NCBI GenBank assembly: GCA_038999215.1
Contig: JAWABM010000013.1
Location: forward strand, 1 to 19,359
Source of the DNA: Candidatus Aenigmatarchaeota archaeon
GTDB lineage: Archaea > Aenigmatarchaeota > Aenigmatarchaeia > Aenigmatarchaeales > JACQIB01
Direction: 5' to 3'
DNA: 19,359 nucleotides
The notes under the pieces are model-generated. The model was given only the letters and a program-made list of their open reading frames with translations, ran no database searches and was not told where the DNA came from. Made by a program: the position numbers and the translations under genes. Positions 16,174 through 19,359 of the stretch are shown here, piece by piece; position 1 is the stretch's first letter; every line of letters starts with the position of its first letter.

Positions 16174-16635
16174 ATGATAAATGTCGCACATGTGCGCGAA
16201 TTCGGGGAGACGGGCGTGTTCTACGCCGATCCGACCCTGAAGGAGAGGGAAGATTTTCTTTATGGCAGCTTTTTCGTAAAGGACGGCAATCTGTTCTTCC
16301 AGCTCAATGACTGCTTGGCGGACGATTTCGATGTCAGGGATATCTTGCCGAAGCGCATACCCAACGCCATCGCAGTGGTGCGCGAATGGTCATATGGGCG
16401 CAGGGACCCGATGGCGCTTGTGCGCGTCCTTGAAAAATCCAGGATTGCAAAGCCGCTTTACGTAGCTCCCGAAAGGAGGTGGGGCAAACTGAGGCTCCGA
16501 CCATTCTCCCTTGACGCTCCGGTTGTTTTTGAGGTTGACATGTCCGAATATGAGGGCGTGATAATACTTTCCGAAGGATACAGGCTATCTGAGGGCAACC
16601 GCGCAATAGCCGACTATTGCCCTGCTGTCCCTTGA
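16174..16635 (+). CDS. Hypothetical protein (orphan, about 153 aa)
   Basis: The only ORF filling the gltX-MEMO1 gap, with plausible globular composition. TTATAT lies about 25-30 nt upstream of ATG 16174. Its 3' end overlaps the MEMO1 3' end by 51 bp. Confidence 0.55.
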   Translation: MINVAHVREFGETGVFYADPTLKEREDFLYGSFFVKDGNLFFQLNDCLADDFDVRDILPKRIPNAIAVVREWSYGRRDPMALVRVLEKSRIAKPLYVAPERRWGKLRLRPFSLDAPVVFEVDMSEYEGVIILSEGYRLSEGNRAIADYCPAVP

Positions 16636-17433
16636 GGTTTCGAAGCTTGTGGAATAATCCAGCAGTTCTCCTTCCGTCCCGCCCAACCGCTTTGCGGCCC
16701 ACAGCATAGCAGCGATGGGCCCGTAGCCGCAGACCGTGCGCTCGCTGCAGACCTCCATCAGCCTCTCCGGCATGAGCTTCGCGGCGTAACCCGCGACTTC
16801 CATGTCCATCTCCTTTATCTTCTTCAGAACCTGGCCTTGCGTTCCAGTGAACGGAGCATAGCCGTACGCCTTTCCATAATGTGTGAAATCGCTGCTGGCT
16901 ATGACGATTATCTTCCTTTTCAGTTTCGCCGCGGCCTCCGCGATATTCTCGCCGAGCGCCTTGCAGTTGTCCTTCGTGTAGGCAGAGCGCTTAATCGCTA
17001 TGGGTACAAAGCGGAAGAAGCGCGAGCTCCTGGAGGCTGACAGCGCCTGCAGCCAGGGCAGCTGCACCTCTATGCTGTGCTCTGCGCTGTGCGCTGCGGC
17101 ATCAACAGGCACGCCGAGCTCCTTCACGAAATCATCATCAATTGATGCCGAACCAAGAGGCGTCTTCCACAGCCCCTCTGAAGAGGCTATGTCCGGGCCG
17201 AGTCCCATGTGGTTGGGTCCGAGTATGACCGCGGTCTCAAAGTCGCTTTTCGCAGCGGCGGCATGGGCGGCGGCCATCTGCCTGCCGCAATATGCGTAGC
17301 CTGCATGCGGCGAGACCAATCCGACGGCCTTCCCTTTCGGCTTTCCCTCGAGAAATCCCTTTATCTTCGAGGCGAGTTCCGCAGAGCTTGCAGGGTAGAA
17401 CGTCCCCGCCACTGCCGGATTCCTTATCATCAT
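16585..17433 (-). CDS. amrB: MEMO1 family protein (AmmeMemoRadiSam system protein B)
   Basis: RNPAVAGTFYP, PHAGYAYCG, ILGPNH, WKTPLG, EHSIEVQLPWL, ASSDFTHYG, TVCGYGPI, IVGY. Adjacent to rps2 as in many archaea. Confidence 0.93.
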   Translation of the reverse strand: MMIRNPAVAGTFYPASSAELASKIKGFLEGKPKGKAVGLVSPHAGYAYCGRQMAAAHAAAAKSDFETAVILGPNHMGLGPDIASSEGLWKTPLGSASIDDDFVKELGVPVDAAAHSAEHSIEVQLPWLQALSASRSSRFFRFVPIAIKRSAYTKDNCKALGENIAEAAAKLKRKIIVIASSDFTHYGKAYGYAPFTGTQGQVLKKIKEMDMEVAGYAAKLMPERLMEVCSERTVCGYGPIAAMLWAAKRLGGTEGELLDYSTSFETSRDSRAIVGYCAVALR

Positions 17434-17458
17434 TCAGAATATTTGTGCGCGGCCGCCT

Positions 17459-18037
17459 TTAAGCTTGCGCCGACTCGAAGTCGTCAGCCTTCATAGCGAA
17501 CTCCTCCTCGCTCTTCAGCACGCCTTTGGCGAGGAGCATCTTCTTAGCGAGCGCCCAGAATATGACCGCCAGCGCCCTCTTGCCCTTGTTGTTGCAGGGT
17601 ATGACGAAATCCACGTCCCTTGTCTCATTGAAGGTGTCGCACAGCGCCACCACGGGTATCCTCATCTTCACGGCCTCGTCCACTGCCTGCTTGTCCACGA
17701 GCGGGTCAGTGACGATGACGGCATCCGCTTCGCTGTATCCCGGGAACGAGGGATTCGTTATCGTGCCTGGCAGGAACCTTCCTGTGAAGCTCTTCGCGCC
17801 GACGGCCTCGGCAAATTTGACAGCGGGCTTCTGGCCTATGGTCTTCCTGCTCACAACTATGATGTTGTTGTACTTTGAAAGGAATTTGGCCGCAGTGTTC
17901 AGCCTCTCGTCTATCATCGACACGTTGAGTATCGCCAGACCGTCCGACCTTATCTTGTATACGAACTTCTTCATGTCCTTGACCGTCTGTTTCATCCCTA
18001 TGTGCACTCCCGCCGAAAGATATTCCTCGAACGGCAT
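17459..18037 (-). CDS. rps2: 30S ribosomal protein uS2
   Basis: EEYLSAGVHIG, MKKFVYKIRSDGL, GRFLPGTITNP, VTDP..DKQAVDEA, IPVVALCDT, IPCNNKG. ATG 18037, with TTTTTAAA about 30 nt upstream. Confidence 0.97.
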   Translation of the reverse strand: MPFEEYLSAGVHIGMKQTVKDMKKFVYKIRSDGLAILNVSMIDERLNTAAKFLSKYNNIIVVSRKTIGQKPAVKFAEAVGAKSFTGRFLPGTITNPSFPGYSEADAVIVTDPLVDKQAVDEAVKMRIPVVALCDTFNETRDVDFVIPCNNKGKRALAVIFWALAKKMLLAKGVLKSEEEFAMKADDFESAQA

Positions 18038-18095
18038 GATAATCAAGCTTTTATTGCTGTTGAAGGTTTAAAAAGGTTGCTCCTTCATTTTAATT

Positions 18096-18863
18096 ATGCA
18101 ATCCAAAGAGGAGCTTTGCAAGGTAATACGCCGCGATTTGCCGAGCAGCATACTGGAGATAAGGCAGGAAACGCATGACACCAAGGTCTTCAGGCTCGCG
18201 GCGCCGGAGGATTTCGACTTTTATCCCGGGCAGTTCGTCATGCTGAAAGTGACAATAGATCCGAGCAGGGGGTTTGAGATAAGAGACAACAAGCCTGCTG
18301 TGCAGACGAGAGCTTATTCCATCGCCTCGACCCCGATGCAGCGCGGGCACATAGATTTGCTGATAAAGAAGCGCGAAAACGGCTTCGTTTCTGCGTACCT
18401 CAATGATTTCGCCAAAGTGGGGGACAAGGTCGCGCTCAGCGGGCCGTACGGCAAATTCTACTTCCGTGACGGCATGGCGAGGCACATCGTTCTCCTGTCA
18501 GCCGGCTGCGGCATAAGCGCTCTGATGAGCATGGCAAAATATGTGGTTTGCAAAAAGCTGGATACTAAGGTCACGATGATACAGAGCAGCCGGACCCCGG
18601 AGGACATCCTGTACAGGAAGGAGTTCGAAGAGCTGGAAAAAAGGGGCGTCAGGACGATAATCACGTTGACACGAACAAGGCCTGATCAGAATTGGAGGGG
18701 CCGCACAGGCAGGATCTCTGCTGAACTGATCAGGGAAGTTGTTCCAGATTATGCCGATGCGCTATACTTCATCTGCGGCATGCCTGAGTTCTCCGAAGGG
18801 CTGACCGCCGCGCTGAAAGGGCTGGGCGTGCCTGCGCAGAACATAAGGACCGAAGGGTGGTAG
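18096..18863 (+). CDS. FAD/NAD(P)H-dependent oxidoreductase, ferredoxin-NADP reductase (FNR)-like
   Basis: FYPGQFV, RAYSIAS, GFVSAYL, GPYGKF, AGCGISAL, GRTGRI, ICGMPEF and C-terminal EGW. No 2Fe-2S domain. Confidence 0.9.
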   Translation: MQSKEELCKVIRRDLPSSILEIRQETHDTKVFRLAAPEDFDFYPGQFVMLKVTIDPSRGFEIRDNKPAVQTRAYSIASTPMQRGHIDLLIKKRENGFVSAYLNDFAKVGDKVALSGPYGKFYFRDGMARHIVLLSAGCGISALMSMAKYVVCKKLDTKVTMIQSSRTPEDILYRKEFEELEKRGVRTIITLTRTRPDQNWRGRTGRISAELIREVVPDYADALYFICGMPEFSEGLTAALKGLGVPAQNIRTEGW

Positions 18864-18869
18864 CCGGGT

Positions 18870-19358
18870 TCAAGCCCAGCCTCTGAGCTTGACCGCGTCC
18901 GCGACGCGCTTCACGGCGACCATGTAGGCGGCCTTTCTCATGTTCACCTTGTGCTTAAGCGACATCTTGAGAACATCGTTGAACGCGGTTGTCATTATAT
19001 CATCCAGCCTGCTGTAGACTTCTTCCGCAGTCCAATAATGCCCGCATTTGTTCTGGACCCATTCGAAATAGCTCACAGTAACCCCTCCCGCGTTCGCAAG
19101 GAAATCCGGTATCGTGAAAACGCCCTTCTTGTAAAGGATGTCATCGGCTTCAGGCGTCGTCGGTCCGTTGGCTGCCTCGGCAATGAGCTTGGCCTTGACG
19201 TTGCCGGCGTTCTTCGATGTTATTTGGTTCTCCAGAGCCGCAGGCACGAGTATGTCCACTGGCAGTTCCAGCAGCTGCTCGTTCGTTATGTTCCTGTAGC
19301 CAGGGAATCCCGCGACGCTGCCGTTCTGCTCCTTGTGCTTCAGGACCTTCTCTGGGTC
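18870..19358 (-). CDS. gdhA: Glutamate dehydrogenase (Glu/Leu/Phe/Val dehydrogenase), C-terminal part only
   Basis: ITNEQLLELPVDILVPAALENQIT, IAEAANGPTTPEAD, PDFLANAGGVTVSYFEWVQN, RKAAYMVAVKRV...RGW. The frame is open to the window end. Confidence 0.95.
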   Translation of the reverse strand, partial: DPEKVLKHKEQNGSVAGFPGYRNITNEQLLELPVDILVPAALENQITSKNAGNVKAKLIAEAANGPTTPEADDILYKKGVFTIPDFLANAGGVTVSYFEWVQNKCGHYWTAEEVYSRLDDIMTTAFNDVLKMSLKHKVNMRKAAYMVAVKRVADAVKLRGWA

Positions 19359-19359
19359 G

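Noticed and set aside
1..19359. CRISPR array or tandem repeats
   Set aside because: No regularly spaced direct repeats were seen; intergenic spaces are short and accounted for.

Overview
Archaeal housekeeping region of moderately high GC, most consistent with a reduced DPANN-type genome such as Aenigmarchaeota (inferred from gene content, not from phylogeny). Almost everything is on the minus strand, in this order: gdhA (partial), rps2, MEMO1/AmmeMemoRadiSam B, gltX, rpl7ae-rps28e-rpl24e, aIF5B, rps6e-aIF2gamma, a Zn-finger membrane protein, a surface Ig-like protein, tRNA-Tyr (intron), ogg, a stand-alone 5S rRNA, a small membrane protein, tRNA-Asp and tRNA-Lys (intron), and rpoH-rpoB (unsplit)-rpoA' (partial). 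Four plus-strand genes interrupt this: a HEXXH protein, a degenerate LAGLIDADG-like/coiled-coil protein, a short orphan and an FNR-like oxidoreductase. The most notable observation is that aIF2gamma has no in-frame ATG/GTG/TTG between an in-frame stop and its conserved G1 motif. It appears to start at ATA, at normal spacing behind a Shine-Dalgarno site, in an operon whose leader can fold over its own SD. This suggests infC-like autoregulation of start-codon fidelity, although a sequencing error cannot be excluded. Also seen: orphans at the usual positions of ndk and of the mevalonate/isoprenoid cluster, structured leaders, shared motifs in two tRNA introns, and an exact 10-mer promoter repeated four times.
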